Positions 9,769 through 20,134 are shown, counted from the first letter of the stretch. The stretch: 64,000 nt of DNA from Candidatus Hermodarchaeota archaeon (GCA_048886185.1 JBHLKY010000008.1:124565-188564), one strand, 5' to 3'. A program made the numbers and translations. The notes: generated by a model not told the origin, from the letters alone.

Positions 9769-10716
9769 CTATAATTCTAAGGGATTTTCAAATCCATATT
9801 TATCTAGGAGCTGACAAATGGGACAAACCTCATGAGTGGATACTTCTCCACATTTTTGACATAGAAATGGAGGTACCGCTTCATTCATTTGAGGAAAGAA
9901 TTGGGAGATTGAATCGTGAAGATTTACTATATTTCTTAAAGTACTCGGCCTCTTTTCTTCCATTTCTGATAGAAAGATCCTGATATTATTTCGCATAGCT
10001 GAAGCGGCATAAGGACAAGGATAAGAATGATAGTCTAAATTTTCAGCGAAAACATATTTAACAATTTCTGGTTCAGTTACGTGCACAAATGGCCGAATAC
10101 GGGGAATTAATGTTTGGAACTTCTGAACAGGAAAACGAGAAAATCGAATGAATTTGTTAGAGTCTCCCCGTAGTAGATTCAATAATATAGATTGTGCTTC
10201 ATCATCTAAATTATGTCCAGTGGCAATTTTTGTTACATTGGCCTGTCTAGCTGCATAGTTCAGAGCCCTGCGGCGTAAAATGCCGCAAATTGAACACGCT
10301 GACTTGGTTTGTTTCTTAAATCTACTTTCGTCAATTATCTGATCTAGTGTTCTACCATAAATATCCTTAAAGGACAGAATAATATGAGGAATCCGATACT
10401 TTTTAGCTATTTTTCGTGTAAGCTCCAAACATTCATCTCTGTATCCTTTAATTCCTTCATCGATTGTTAAAACACTCAAATTGCACTGAGGATGATTTTT
10501 CCGAAGCTTAGATAGAATGTTAAGAAGAGCAGTGCTATCCTTCCCACCTGAGTATCCTAAACCAATATGATCGTTTCTATTTAACATATTATAACTATTT
10601 ATAGCCTTTCTCACTTTGTTTTCAATAAGTTCTATAAAATGTTTCTTACAATAGACTTTTTTGGATTGGAAATCCCGTGTGAAGGGGGGATTTTTACAAC
10701 ACTTTGAGAGTGACAT
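9769..10716 (-). CDS. PP-loop ATPase of the Ncs6/Ctu1/NcsA/TtuA family (tRNA 2-thiolation)
   Basis: SGGKDS PP-loop, with N- and C-terminal CxxC zinc-finger pairs (C..C at the N-terminus, CQKCG...CPIC at the C-terminus). Confidence 0.75.
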   Translation of the reverse strand: MSLSKCCKNPPFTRDFQSKKVYCKKHFIELIENKVRKAINSYNMLNRNDHIGLGYSGGKDSTALLNILSKLRKNHPQCNLSVLTIDEGIKGYRDECLELTRKIAKKYRIPHIILSFKDIYGRTLDQIIDESRFKKQTKSACSICGILRRRALNYAARQANVTKIATGHNLDDEAQSILLNLLRGDSNKFIRFSRFPVQKFQTLIPRIRPFVHVTEPEIVKYVFAENLDYHSYPCPYAASAMRNNIRIFLSEMEEKRPSTLRNIVNLHDSISQFFPQMNEAVPPFLCQKCGEVSTHEVCPICQLLDKYGFENPLEL

Positions 10717-10746
10717 ACTCCTACTTCTAAATAGACTTAAAGGGAA

Positions 10747-11034
10747 TCAACCTCGTATATTTATTATAAAGGGTGGACAAAGTTGATCAGCTTCTTTGAT
10801 ACCGTGCTTAACTGCCTCTTCAGCTATCTCTTGCACATTATACTTTGAAAAAGGAGATAATTCTAAAAATAATTCAATATTAACGATTAACTCTCCTTTT
10901 TCTGTTGTTTCAAGGCTAATATCAATCAAATCTTGATTTAGATCTTCACCAATTTTATCTGTAAGAAATTGTTGAATCTTAATATACAATTGGTCAAGTA
11001 TATCCTCCATATCGTCAGTTGTCAATAAGTTCAC
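10747..11034 (-). CDS. Small acidic hypothetical protein in the superoperon
   Basis: ORF, co-directional and tightly packed with pfdB. Confidence 0.35.
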   Translation of the reverse strand: MNLLTTDDMEDILDQLYIKIQQFLTDKIGEDLNQDLIDISLETTEKGELIVNIELFLELSPFSKYNVQEIAEEAVKHGIKEADQLCPPFIINIRG

Positions 11035-11064
11035 ACAGTTTCTTCATGCAACTTTAAAAATAGT

Positions 11065-11448
11065 CTAATTAGTTGGTTCTAAATCACCTAATTCCTCACT
11101 TAATCGAGTTTGTAACTCCTCTAAACGCTTAGTATTTTGTGCTTCCTGAGAAGAAAAGCTTTTTTGCTTAAGTTCGAGTAATTCGGCTCGTTCTGTTAAT
11201 TCTTGCAGAACATCACTAACCTTTTTGGGGAACATAACTGATCCTACAGTTTTCCATACCTCATTATTGGAATCTAGCTTTTGTAGTTCTTTTTTAGTCA
11301 TTTCAATTTCTGAAAGTGTTCTAGAAATCTCTGCTTTTTGAATTCGTAAGTTCTGAACTGTTTGTTCGAGCTGTCGGAATCGTAAAATCAGTTCTTGTTT
11401 GGCAGGGGATAGTTCGCGATAGGCCATTTTTTCAACCACTAATTTCAA
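11065..11448 (-). CDS. pfdB: Prefoldin beta subunit
   Basis: About 125-aa coiled-coil/beta-hairpin/coiled-coil profile (..WKTVGSVMFPK..) typical of PfdB. Confidence 0.7.
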   Translation of the reverse strand: MKLVVEKMAYRELSPAKQELILRFRQLEQTVQNLRIQKAEISRTLSEIEMTKKELQKLDSNNEVWKTVGSVMFPKKVSDVLQELTERAELLELKQKSFSSQEAQNTKRLEELQTRLSEELGDLEPTN

Positions 11449-11493
11449 ATATTTTGTTTAAGTATTTCCTCTTCAGTTATTGAAATCTAAATA

Positions 11494-11760
11494 TCAGTTA
11501 AAAGTTTGTTTTGACAAAGTCATTAGGGCTCTTGTAGTACTGGAGATCCATCGTAAAATTGATCCTATGGTTGCCTTTGCTGCATTTACATCATAAGCAG
11601 TGATATTTATGATTATTATTTGAGCTTCTAAAGCTATTGATGCTGTAGATCGCTCAAAACGCTGGTCCTGAATCTCGGGGAAAACAGATGAAAAAATAAC
11701 TCGAGCTTGATCCTCAGAATCATAACGGATGGTGAAACAAATTTTAAGTGTGCTATTCAT
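11494..11760 (-). CDS. pcc1: KEOPS complex subunit Pcc1
   Basis: About 85 aa with a C-terminal ...AYDVNAAKATIGSILRWISS segment resembling the Pcc1 LRASxNSxLRW motif. Confidence 0.55.
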   Translation of the reverse strand: MNSTLKICFTIRYDSEDQARVIFSSVFPEIQDQRFERSTASIALEAQIIIINITAYDVNAAKATIGSILRWISSTTRALMTLSKQTFN

Positions 11761-12295
11761 TGTTTACACATTCTGAAGAGACGTGAATGGTAAAGAGATG
11801 TAGGGATTTCGTTGAGTTCTGTTGAACTGCGTGGCCAATAAGAGAGTTAAATTTATCTTTTCCAAAACTAATAACCAATTTCTTCTTCGAATGAACATTG
11901 TTTGAATCTGGAATGATCTGATGGAAAAAATCTGTAATTTGATCCTTGAATAGCTTATTTATATCTTCAGAAAAATTGATGCAGATTCGCTCAATATTTA
12001 TTCGATATTTCTTGCTATGTTTACGTAATGAAACTATATTAGTCAACCTAATTGTAGCATCTATTAATTGAGGTTGGTTTCTTATTGAATATGCTTTAAC
12101 TAAAATTGCGTTATTCTCATCAGATTCTTGAAGGATAAGTAAGTTACCTATCTTTTTATTCCAGCAATAAGTAAATAATCTGCTTAAACTCAATGTACCT
12201 CGATTCATTCTTTGGGAGTTGGGAAAAGAGAGGGAGATGACCCTACTCACACGACGTAAGCGATGATTAGGATTCCTAGAGGTTGTTATCAACAT
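11753..12295 (-). CDS. Brix-domain ribosome-biogenesis protein
   Basis: N-terminus MLITTSRNPNHRLRRV matches the archaeal Brix (Imp4-like) start. About 180 aa. Confidence 0.6.
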   Translation of the reverse strand: MLITTSRNPNHRLRRVSRVISLSFPNSQRMNRGTLSLSRLFTYCWNKKIGNLLILQESDENNAILVKAYSIRNQPQLIDATIRLTNIVSLRKHSKKYRINIERICINFSEDINKLFKDQITDFFHQIIPDSNNVHSKKKLVISFGKDKFNSLIGHAVQQNSTKSLHLFTIHVSSECVNNE

Positions 12296-12365
12296 AAATT
12301 TTTTGACCCCTCACTCTCCATTCATAGAATTTGGTTTTATGATTTAGTAATAATTGGAAACAATA

Positions 12366-12641
12366 TTAGGATTCAGATTGACCAGATAAACGCTTTGCTG
12401 TTCGAAGGGCTATTTTTCCTCCTGGAGTCTCTGGAGACCATGAACCACCTGCGAAACGAAAACCACAGAATTTACATTCCCAAATACCAATAGATACTCG
12501 GTGAACCTTCATGGTGTTACATGAAGGGCAAGGGTGTTTTATTTTTAAACCACTTTCAATTTTGCGAATCCTCTTCCGGACGCTAGCACCATATCGCGTA
12601 CCAAACCTACCAGTGGATCCTACTTTTTTAGTTCGTCCCAT
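12366..12641 (-). CDS. rpl37ae: Ribosomal protein L37Ae (eL43)
   Basis: MGRTKKVGSTGRFGTRYGASVRK...CPSC...GIWECKFCG zinc ribbon. Confidence 0.9.
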   Translation of the reverse strand: MGRTKKVGSTGRFGTRYGASVRKRIRKIESGLKIKHPCPSCNTMKVHRVSIGIWECKFCGFRFAGGSWSPETPGGKIALRTAKRLSGQSES

Positions 12642-12790
12642 TGTATTATCGGAGCTCCTTCTATTATCTGATCAATTTTTAGGAAAATGTTCTAACAATC
12701 ATTAGGGGGTGCATAATGCTTAATATCAGTTTTTATCTGATATAGAAACGCCTTATGGTTCATATTTATTGTTATCGTCTCAAGATGTCA

Positions 12791-13645
12791 TCAAAAATCA
12801 AACTGAAACATTTCATTATGTTCAGAAACTTGTGATTTTTGCTCAATAAGTTCGATTAATTCTTTCGCACGACTTGATGCAGCTTCCAAGATAGCCAAAA
12901 TTTCCTTTTCTAAGAAAACTCCCGACTCTCCTTTCTGCATTGAACATATCAAACCTTTATCAGTTATTGCTACAGAAAACCGAGTGTGTTTACCCCGATC
13001 TTCTAGCAGGTTAGGATCATAAATAATTGAGTCATCAATTTTGACATAAGTTAGACTCGTTACGTATCCATTTCTTGGAAGGGGTTCTGTCTCATCTAAT
13101 AAGGTGACTTCTTCTGTTTCTTCATCAATTAAGACCTTATTTAATCGTGTATTTGCAAGGGCTGCCATTGCAGCAAGAGCTGATGCATCAATCAAATTAC
13201 CTCCATCATCAAGCGTGTATATATCAACAAAGAGAATCCAAACTGTTTTTCCAGGGACAACACATAATTTGGGATCTTTCATTGGAATAACTTTACTTTC
13301 ACGAATTCCACGATCAACAATACGAGCCATTTCAATCGCTTCGGGGCCTGGGGGCCCACTTTCACGCGAGGGGGAAGAAATAGGAGATAATTCAAGGTTT
13401 ACAGTAATTACACCATCATTAGGTGTATCTGGAAATGGAGCCCCTAATTGAGCTTTTACACCAGCTAACACAACAGTTTCTCCCAATTTAACCATCGCTG
13501 AACCTTCAGCCTTTTTAATGACATTAGGTATAATTTGAATTGGACGACCCTCCCAAAAACCTCTATTATCAATACGTTCCCCCTTTACAAGTAAGTCAGT
13601 TAAATATTTTTTTTCTAAGTTACTAACGATTTCATCCGAGCGCAT
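12791..13645 (-). CDS. rrp42: Exosome complex component Rrp42 (RNase PH-like, inactive subunit)
   Basis: RNase PH fold, position after rrp41 in the operon. Confidence 0.8.
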   Translation of the reverse strand: MRSDEIVSNLEKKYLTDLLVKGERIDNRGFWEGRPIQIIPNVIKKAEGSAMVKLGETVVLAGVKAQLGAPFPDTPNDGVITVNLELSPISSPSRESGPPGPEAIEMARIVDRGIRESKVIPMKDPKLCVVPGKTVWILFVDIYTLDDGGNLIDASALAAMAALANTRLNKVLIDEETEEVTLLDETEPLPRNGYVTSLTYVKIDDSIIYDPNLLEDRGKHTRFSVAITDKGLICSMQKGESGVFLEKEILAILEAASSRAKELIELIEQKSQVSEHNEMFQFDF

Positions 13646-13656
13646 AATCTTCTCTC

Positions 13657-14421
13657 CTATTCTTCTTCCTCACTTATTTCATCTATGGGTTCTGCGATTT
13701 GAGTGTATTTTGCTAATAAAGCATTCCTCTGCATCTCATAAATATGGTTTATAGCAATTTTTGAAAGTTTAAGCCCCTCCTCTACTTCTTTTAAAGTAAA
13801 TTGACCATCAGATTGAAGAAGTGTCAGTTCTCCAGTAGTAGGTATCATTGCGATTGGCATATCGCCCTCACCTTCCTTATCCTCAATATCAGAGAGATCA
13901 ACAACAATCTTCCCATCAACCTTCCCAACAGCACATGCAGTAACCATACCTCTCATTGGAATACCAGCATCAGCTAATCCTAATGAAGCTGCAGTCAGTG
14001 CTGCACAACGAGTACCTCCATCTGCATCTAATACAGTAACGAATATATCAATTGCTCCATTAGGAAATTTCTCTAAAAATAATATTGTATTTAGCGATTC
14101 AGTTAAAATTTTACTAAGTTCATACTCTCTACGACGAGGAGCAGGACTTTTTCGCTCTCCAACTGAAAAAGTTGCTAGACGATATTCAACCCGTAAAATT
14201 GCTTTATCTGGTTGAGCAAGATGTTTTGGATGTAGTTCTCTTGGACCATAAATGGCACATATTATTTTATTATTTCCCCAAGTTAGATAACAACTTCCAT
14301 CAGCTCTATCTAGAACTCCAGTCTTCATAGTTATTGTTCTCAATTCATGAAGTCCGCGACCATCTAATCGTTTTCCATCTTCTAATAAAAGAGAGGGTTT
14401 TTCTTCATTCATTTTCTTCAC
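13657..14421 (-). CDS. rrp41: Exosome complex exonuclease Rrp41 (RNase PH)
   Basis: RNase PH motifs (LRTITMKTGVLDRADGSCYLTWG...). About 250 aa. Confidence 0.85.
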   Translation of the reverse strand: MKKMNEEKPSLLLEDGKRLDGRGLHELRTITMKTGVLDRADGSCYLTWGNNKIICAIYGPRELHPKHLAQPDKAILRVEYRLATFSVGERKSPAPRRREYELSKILTESLNTILFLEKFPNGAIDIFVTVLDADGGTRCAALTAASLGLADAGIPMRGMVTACAVGKVDGKIVVDLSDIEDKEGEGDMPIAMIPTTGELTLLQSDGQFTLKEVEEGLKLSKIAINHIYEMQRNALLAKYTQIAEPIDEISEEEE

Positions 14422-15145
14422 TTCTTTCAGATAATTTGATTCTTTCTGTTTCTAAAAATTCGCGAATTCGGTCAGTTAATCCACTAGTGTGAGCTTCTAG
14501 TTCGATTTTTCGGATCGCACGCTCTACCAAGTTTTCAATCTCAGGATTAAAAGCTTTGATGACTATTCGGCCATTTTGTCCAATAGTAAGTTGAGTATTG
14601 GTCATATTTTTTAATAATTGAATCATACTTCCTTTTTTTCCTATGATTCGTGGGATTTTTACAGGATCGACTTCAATCAAATGGCCATTGTTAATTTTAT
14701 GGAGACCCCGTCCCTGCAATGTGAGAACAGGATCACGCAGTCGGTCAAAATAAGTAATTTGAGCTTTTATTATATCACCTGTGTTTAAAATTCGATCAAG
14801 ACTTTCCCTAAGAGCATCAAAATCCCTATCAATGACGTTACTAACACGAAGTGTTCCAACATAAGGTCCTCGGATATCCACATTCCAAGAAGTGAGTCCC
14901 ACTTTTGTGATTTTACCAATAACTATATCTCCTTCTAATGGAATATAACAACCCTCTAATGGAACTACTCCAACTCTATCTTTTCTAACTTGCACAAGCC
15001 CAATCATTGACGCGTAAATCTCAATCTCACTATTGACCTTCCGACGAAAAACTCCCCCACCTACTTTTAATCCAGAACCACGAGCTAGGATTTCACCAGG
15101 AATAACAAGTTGGTTTCTGGTCACTAATATCGACATTTTATCCAC
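14405..15145 (-). CDS. rrp4: Exosome cap subunit Rrp4 (S1 + KH)
   Basis: S1 and KH domain pattern (IGKKGSMIQ). Overlaps rrp41 by 17 nt. Confidence 0.8.
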   Translation of the reverse strand: MDKMSILVTRNQLVIPGEILARGSGLKVGGGVFRRKVNSEIEIYASMIGLVQVRKDRVGVVPLEGCYIPLEGDIVIGKITKVGLTSWNVDIRGPYVGTLRVSNVIDRDFDALRESLDRILNTGDIIKAQITYFDRLRDPVLTLQGRGLHKINNGHLIEVDPVKIPRIIGKKGSMIQLLKNMTNTQLTIGQNGRIVIKAFNPEIENLVERAIRKIELEAHTSGLTDRIREFLETERIKLSERSEENE

Positions 15146-15192
15146 TTCATTTTAAAATCTATTATCAAAGTATCATTATAATAATTTGAAAG

Positions 15193-15927
15193 TTATAAGC
15201 GAATTCTTTCTATAATTTTGATCTCAGCACGACCCTTCGTCATGCTTTGAACTCTCTCCATGAATTCCCCTTGAATTCCAGCTGCAACAGTCACTACTGC
15301 AATCCAATGGCCATCATTCTGCCATTCATCTTTTTCAATTTGAGCGTCACGCTTAATTTCGCCATAAGCTTTTCCTGTGAATTCTGGTGGAATTTTTATT
15401 GCAAGTTTAACAGTCTCCATGCTGATGGGGAGAACTCGCCTTAATTCTTGAATTATATCCTTGAGCTGACTCTCAGCAGGTGATGATGGATCGATCATTA
15501 TTTTTGCTTCTTTCATTGCATTCTCAATACGCAAAGGAGGATGTGGTGTCCGTGTTTTAGGATTAATACAGGTCTTTGCTAGTAACGTTATAATTTGCCT
15601 GCGCTTTTTTTCAAAAAATTCTTGTCTTTGTTCAGCTGTTAGATTAAGCTCACCCTTCGTAAGGATCTTTTCTGCAATTATAAGAGGATCTACTGTTTCG
15701 AAACAGTGCATAAGAACTTCATCAGGAGCTTTTTCTCCTTTACTAGCATTTTGAAAGATTTCGTCCATTTCTAAAATATCAGTAATGCCGATTGTATCAT
15801 CCAATAGTCCCATTTTATATTTGAGAGCCAATTCTGGGTTAACTATGATTTCAAATCTATTTCCCTGGAATTTTGCACGTACAACTGATTTTCCTGTTAA
15901 GTCAACCCTCCGAGCATCTCTTAGCAT
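15193..15927 (-). CDS. sdo1: SBDS/Sdo1 ribosome maturation protein
   Basis: N-terminal FYSH-like region. Conserved position between psmA and rrp4. Confidence 0.75.
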   Translation of the reverse strand: MLRDARRVDLTGKSVVRAKFQGNRFEIIVNPELALKYKMGLLDDTIGITDILEMDEIFQNASKGEKAPDEVLMHCFETVDPLIIAEKILTKGELNLTAEQRQEFFEKKRRQIITLLAKTCINPKTRTPHPPLRIENAMKEAKIMIDPSSPAESQLKDIIQELRRVLPISMETVKLAIKIPPEFTGKAYGEIKRDAQIEKDEWQNDGHWIAVVTVAAGIQGEFMERVQSMTKGRAEIKIIERIRL

Positions 15928-15938
15928 CCATAACTCTC

Positions 15939-16661
15939 CTATAATCGTTTAACAAGCGCGACTATATCTTCCTTAGTCATATATTCAATGGTATGGGTTT
16001 TCTTTGATATTACCGCAATTTCAACCATTTCTGCGTTTAATTCTCCTTCGGATACTTGGCTAAGTGCCTTTAAAGCAATTAAGTTTCCATCTTCCATTGT
16101 TTGAGCTATTTCTTTATATTCTCCTTCCAAGAATTCAATGATCGCTGGAGCACTTGAACCTATTGCAGTTGCACGGTAGCCCCAATAACTTCCGCTAGGT
16201 TCAGTCATGTACAACTGTGGACCATATATTTCATCACACCCGGCTATTAATAATGAAACTCCAAAAGGCCGTACTCCTGCATGTTGGGTATACATCTGTT
16301 TAAGATTCGCTAGTCTACGAGTGAGAGCTTCAACGGTTATGGCTTCATTATAGGTAATACGATGGATCTGAGATTGAATACGCGCTTGATTAACAAGAAC
16401 ATGCGCATCAGCGGTTAATCCCGCAATAGCAGCGGCAATATGGTCATCAATAGCAAAGATTTTCTTGACCATATCTTTCTCGACAAGAGATGTATGTAAT
16501 CGTTTTTGTACGATTAAACAACATCCCTCAAATGTTTTTATACCAATAGCTGTTGTTCCTCGCTTAACTGCCTCAATGGCGTATTCTACTTGGAATAATC
16601 TCCCATCAGGGCTGAAAATTGTACTCCCCCTATCATAACCTAATCCTTTCGGCGCAAACAA
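15939..16661 (-). CDS. psmA: Proteasome alpha subunit
   Basis: FSPDGRLFQVEYAIEAVKRGTTAIGI alpha-subunit signature. Confidence 0.9.
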   Translation of the reverse strand: MFAPKGLGYDRGSTIFSPDGRLFQVEYAIEAVKRGTTAIGIKTFEGCCLIVQKRLHTSLVEKDMVKKIFAIDDHIAAAIAGLTADAHVLVNQARIQSQIHRITYNEAITVEALTRRLANLKQMYTQHAGVRPFGVSLLIAGCDEIYGPQLYMTEPSGSYWGYRATAIGSSAPAIIEFLEGEYKEIAQTMEDGNLIALKALSQVSEGELNAEMVEIAVISKKTHTIEYMTKEDIVALVKRL

Positions 16662-16910
16662 GGCTTTTCCACCAAAAAACGTAACTCTATTCCTTTTCCG
16701 CTTTCATTTCTTCCGAGATTAATTAGAATATATAACAATCTAGTTGAGTTCCTAAAAGGAAGGAGGCAAGAGAATCAACCAAATGCGAGGACAGGATAAA
16801 TATTAAATAGTAAGGACAGGATAAATATTTATTTGGTGTTATCGTTCTGCCCTCCAACGCGGTGGATACGTAAAAATAACTTACAGTATCACAAGAACGG
16901 TGCTTTGATC

Positions 16911-17348
16911 ATGTCATATGAACCTAAAAAAGTCGGTAGTGTAAAAATAGGGCGCTATATCATAGATCCAGACTCTAACGAACCCTGTAGAGTCATTTCA
17001 ATAGATAAAAGCAAACCTGGAAAACATGGAGCAGCAAAGGCGAGAATGATGATGATAGGTTTGTTTGATAACCAAAAGAGGCAATTAATATCTCCAGTCG
17101 ATAAAAGAATTAATGTTCCAATCATTGAAAAACGTGTTGGACAGGTTACAAATATTGAAGCCAATACAGGTTTCATACATGTCATGGACAATGAAACCTA
17201 TGATTCCTTTGTTGCGGATCCTCCTTCCGACGATGAACTAAAAACAAAGCTCAATACATTATTTTCAGAGGGGAAAACGATTGAGATTGAGTATTGGCTA
17301 GTTATGGATCGGAGGAAAATAATGCAAGTAAGAGAAATGTCTCTTTAA
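16911..17348 (+). CDS. eif5a: Translation initiation factor 5A (aIF5A). The track ORF starts at 16833; MSYEPKK at 16911 is the likely start.
   Basis: Hypusine loop SKPGKHGAAKAR. Confidence 0.8.
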   Translation: MSYEPKKVGSVKIGRYIIDPDSNEPCRVISIDKSKPGKHGAAKARMMMIGLFDNQKRQLISPVDKRINVPIIEKRVGQVTNIEANTGFIHVMDNETYDSFVADPPSDDELKTKLNTLFSEGKTIEIEYWLVMDRRKIMQVREMSL

Positions 17349-17381
17349 TCATCAAAAAACACTTTATGGGTTGTAAATCTT

Positions 17382-18242
17382 TTGGTGAGAGTATCGCGAA
17401 TTGGTATTGTCTCCCAAGTACTCTATCAAGAAACAATCGATATTATTCACGACATTCTCTCTGTTGAGGAATGTTCCTCCATCTCTTTATTCGTAAATCC
17501 TGAATTATTTGAATTTTTAAAGAAGGCCAACTCTGAAACATTTAAAATACTACAAAAAGAGTCATTGGAAGAAATGAAAGTAGATTGTATTGTTTCAATT
17601 GGTGGAGATGGAACAATATTACGAATTGCCCGAACAAGACCAGATATACCTATTTTGTCTATCAATAAAGGAAGAAAAGGATTTATGACTGAAATAGAAC
17701 CTAAGGATGTCATCCCAAGTTTCAAACTCTTTTTTTCTGGAAAATTTGATTTAATAGAGCACAGGAGAATTGAAGCATTGATTGGGGAACATAGCCTAGG
17801 TTCAGCTATAAATGAAATCGTTATTACTTCTTTTGATTTGTTAAAGCCTATAGATTTTCGCGTTTTAATTGATGATACGATAATCTCCAGTTCTCTTGCT
17901 GATGGAGTCATCGTTGCTACAGCATTAGGCTCCACAGGACATTGTCTCTCCAGTGGGGGGTGCGTATTAGATCCAACTCTTGATAATATTCAAATTTCTT
18001 GGATTAATCCAATTAATCTTGCAGTCAGACCAATCATTTTGAATTCATCTCGTGATATTAAAGTTAGATGTGCAACCCGAATTAATCCTATAAAATTGGT
18101 GATTGATGGTCAAATTAGTCTTGAATATGACTCTCCCATTGAAATTCTTTTTCGCTCTACTAAGGAAACAGTGAAATTCTTTCGTTCACGATCGTTTGTA
18201 ACACGTTTGCGACAACATTTCAATCCAGAGATCAGGGAATAG
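17382..18242 (+). CDS. nadK: NAD(+) kinase
   Basis: GGDGT motif and DGVIVATALGSTGHCLSSGG region. The track start is a TTG codon. Confidence 0.75.
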   Translation: MVRVSRIGIVSQVLYQETIDIIHDILSVEECSSISLFVNPELFEFLKKANSETFKILQKESLEEMKVDCIVSIGGDGTILRIARTRPDIPILSINKGRKGFMTEIEPKDVIPSFKLFFSGKFDLIEHRRIEALIGEHSLGSAINEIVITSFDLLKPIDFRVLIDDTIISSSLADGVIVATALGSTGHCLSSGGCVLDPTLDNIQISWINPINLAVRPIILNSSRDIKVRCATRINPIKLVIDGQISLEYDSPIEILFRSTKETVKFFRSRSFVTRLRQHFNPEIRE

Positions 18243-18248
18243 TTATTA

Positions 18249-18779
18249 ATGACCTTGGAGACCAATACTTGGATATTAGATGCAACAGCATTTATTAGGA
18301 TGGACTTTTCTCAGCTACAGGCCACCCCCAACGTTCTATTCTTTACAACTCAAAGTGTTGGCTCGGAATTGAAAGATTTTCGATCACGTATGAATCTAGA
18401 TTCTTTAAGATATTCAGGACGTTTAAAATTTAGTAATCCTCAAGACAAAATCATACAGGAGTTGAAAAAACAAATTCAAAAGGTAGATCCCCAAACAACG
18501 CTCTCTTCAACTGATATTGAAGTCCTTGCTTTAGCAATCCAATTGAAAGGAACACTAATCTCTAATGATCTGAACTTACAAAATGCCGCCTATCATTTTA
18601 AAATTCCTATTAAAGTCCTTAGTGGGAAGAAAATTGTCTCTCCACGAAAGTGGCAGCTTAAATGTCAAGGTTGTGGAAAATTATCTAATGATACATTTCA
18701 AATTTGTCCAAATTGTGGTGGATCTTTAAAACGAGTCCAAATCAAACCTGTAAACTTGGATTCAGAACTAATGGAATAA
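18249..18779 (+). CDS. nob1: Nob1 endonuclease (PIN domain + C-terminal zinc ribbon)
   Basis: N-terminal PIN-like (ILDATAFI) and C-terminal CQGCG...CPNCG ribbon. Confidence 0.65.
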   Translation: MTLETNTWILDATAFIRMDFSQLQATPNVLFFTTQSVGSELKDFRSRMNLDSLRYSGRLKFSNPQDKIIQELKKQIQKVDPQTTLSSTDIEVLALAIQLKGTLISNDLNLQNAAYHFKIPIKVLSGKKIVSPRKWQLKCQGCGKLSNDTFQICPNCGGSLKRVQIKPVNLDSELME

Positions 18780-18839
18780 CAATAAAAAATTGTTGGAAAA
18801 ATGAATTAACGAAGGTAATTCTTCACGAGGAAGACAAAC

Positions 18840-19040
18840 GTGCCAGAAGAACTAAAATCAAAAGAAGAGTTTATGACCACACTGGGATTGGCTTCAACCT
18901 GTTATGTTAAACGACTAAAAAATACAGATATTGTGAAACTGAAACTCAGAACCAAAAAACGTCTTTATACATATAAAACAACTCCCAAAGAAGCGAATGA
19001 GATAGTACAGAATCTGAATATCCCTGTTGAAGAAATCTGA
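18840..19040 (+). CDS. rpl38e: Ribosomal protein eL38
   Basis: Aligns by eye to eukaryotic eL38 (MP..I..KEF..T......VK.K...D.VK.K.R....LYT......KEA). Confidence 0.6.
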   Translation: MPEELKSKEEFMTTLGLASTCYVKRLKNTDIVKLKLRTKKRLYTYKTTPKEANEIVQNLNIPVEEI

Positions 19041-19057
19041 GGGAAAAAGATTATCAA

Positions 19058-19333
19058 TTACTCTTGAATTTCTGATGTAATAGTTTCAAGTAGGGAAAGA
19101 ACTTGCCAAATGGTGGTCCTCGCAAAGAGGGGACAGTTGGGATCCTGACTAATTTCGTCCAGAATTGAGATTGCTAAATTCGCACGTACCTCGGGTGGGT
19201 CATCATCCTGAGTATTCTTACCTGATATTGCCACGAAGGCTTCTTTCGCTGCTCTACGGATATTTTTTGGAACACTATGGTCAGAAGAGATCTGTTGTAA
19301 CAGCATCTTTGAATTTTCAATCTTATCCTCCAT
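19058..19333 (-). CDS. UPF0147-family small archaeal protein
   Basis: SVPKNIRRAAKEA...LDEISQDPNCPLFARTTIWQVLSLLE matches the UPF0147 pattern. Confidence 0.6.
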   Translation of the reverse strand: MEDKIENSKMLLQQISSDHSVPKNIRRAAKEAFVAISGKNTQDDDPPEVRANLAISILDEISQDPNCPLFARTTIWQVLSLLETITSEIQE

Positions 19334-20134
19334 TTCTGATTACACCTGTCCTATAATTCTTTCAAACTGATGAGAACGTTGTTTTATCTCAAAAAAATGG
19401 CTGAGGATAGATAAGAAACCATCAATATCCAACCTACTAGCCATTGATACACAATAGTAAATTTTAGAAAAACCTTTCTTTTTGAAAAATGAATTGTTGT
19501 CAAACTCATATTTTAACACAATAAAAAAGAAAAAAAAGTATTTAGGAAAAATAAAAATACTTAATTTCTGTAATTGATCGTTTTTAGAAGCAGAGAACTA
19601 AATTGAATTATATTCTATAACAGTTATTATTTTTCTATTTCACAGAGAACGCTTAAAAGCCTTAAGATCATAAAGAAACTAATCTACAAATGAAAACACA
19701 TAAATCGTAATAATTTCGCTTTGAATCTTATAGAAAATACATTCGTCAATAATAAATCAATGTAACTGGTATTCAATAGAAAATATTTCTTTTATTAATT
19801 TATAAGGGAAATTAAAAGGCTGCATAAAAATATCTGGAAATTCTAGTAATCTATCTATTATGATTAAGAGTAAACCAACTCAAGGAACCACTAAAGTATA
19901 GTCATAGCTCGCAGAGGAATTATATATAAGTTATCCTAAATTTAATATTACATGATTATCAACATAATCAGTTAGAACTATATTATTACACATAACAAAA
20001 TAAATAGTCATTGTCGCGTGGATGTGACTTGAAAACATCGATATGATAGCAATAAGGGTATCTACTTGAAAGATTCCAAGAAAAGAAAAATCATTAATAC
20101 GCAGAAAATACTATAAATAATGAGTACCTAACGG

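Noticed and set aside
19357-20134. Replication origin in the AT-rich gap
   Set aside because: No repeated ORB-like elements were found by eye and there is no adjacent cdc6/orc1. Kept only as an unexplained spacer.
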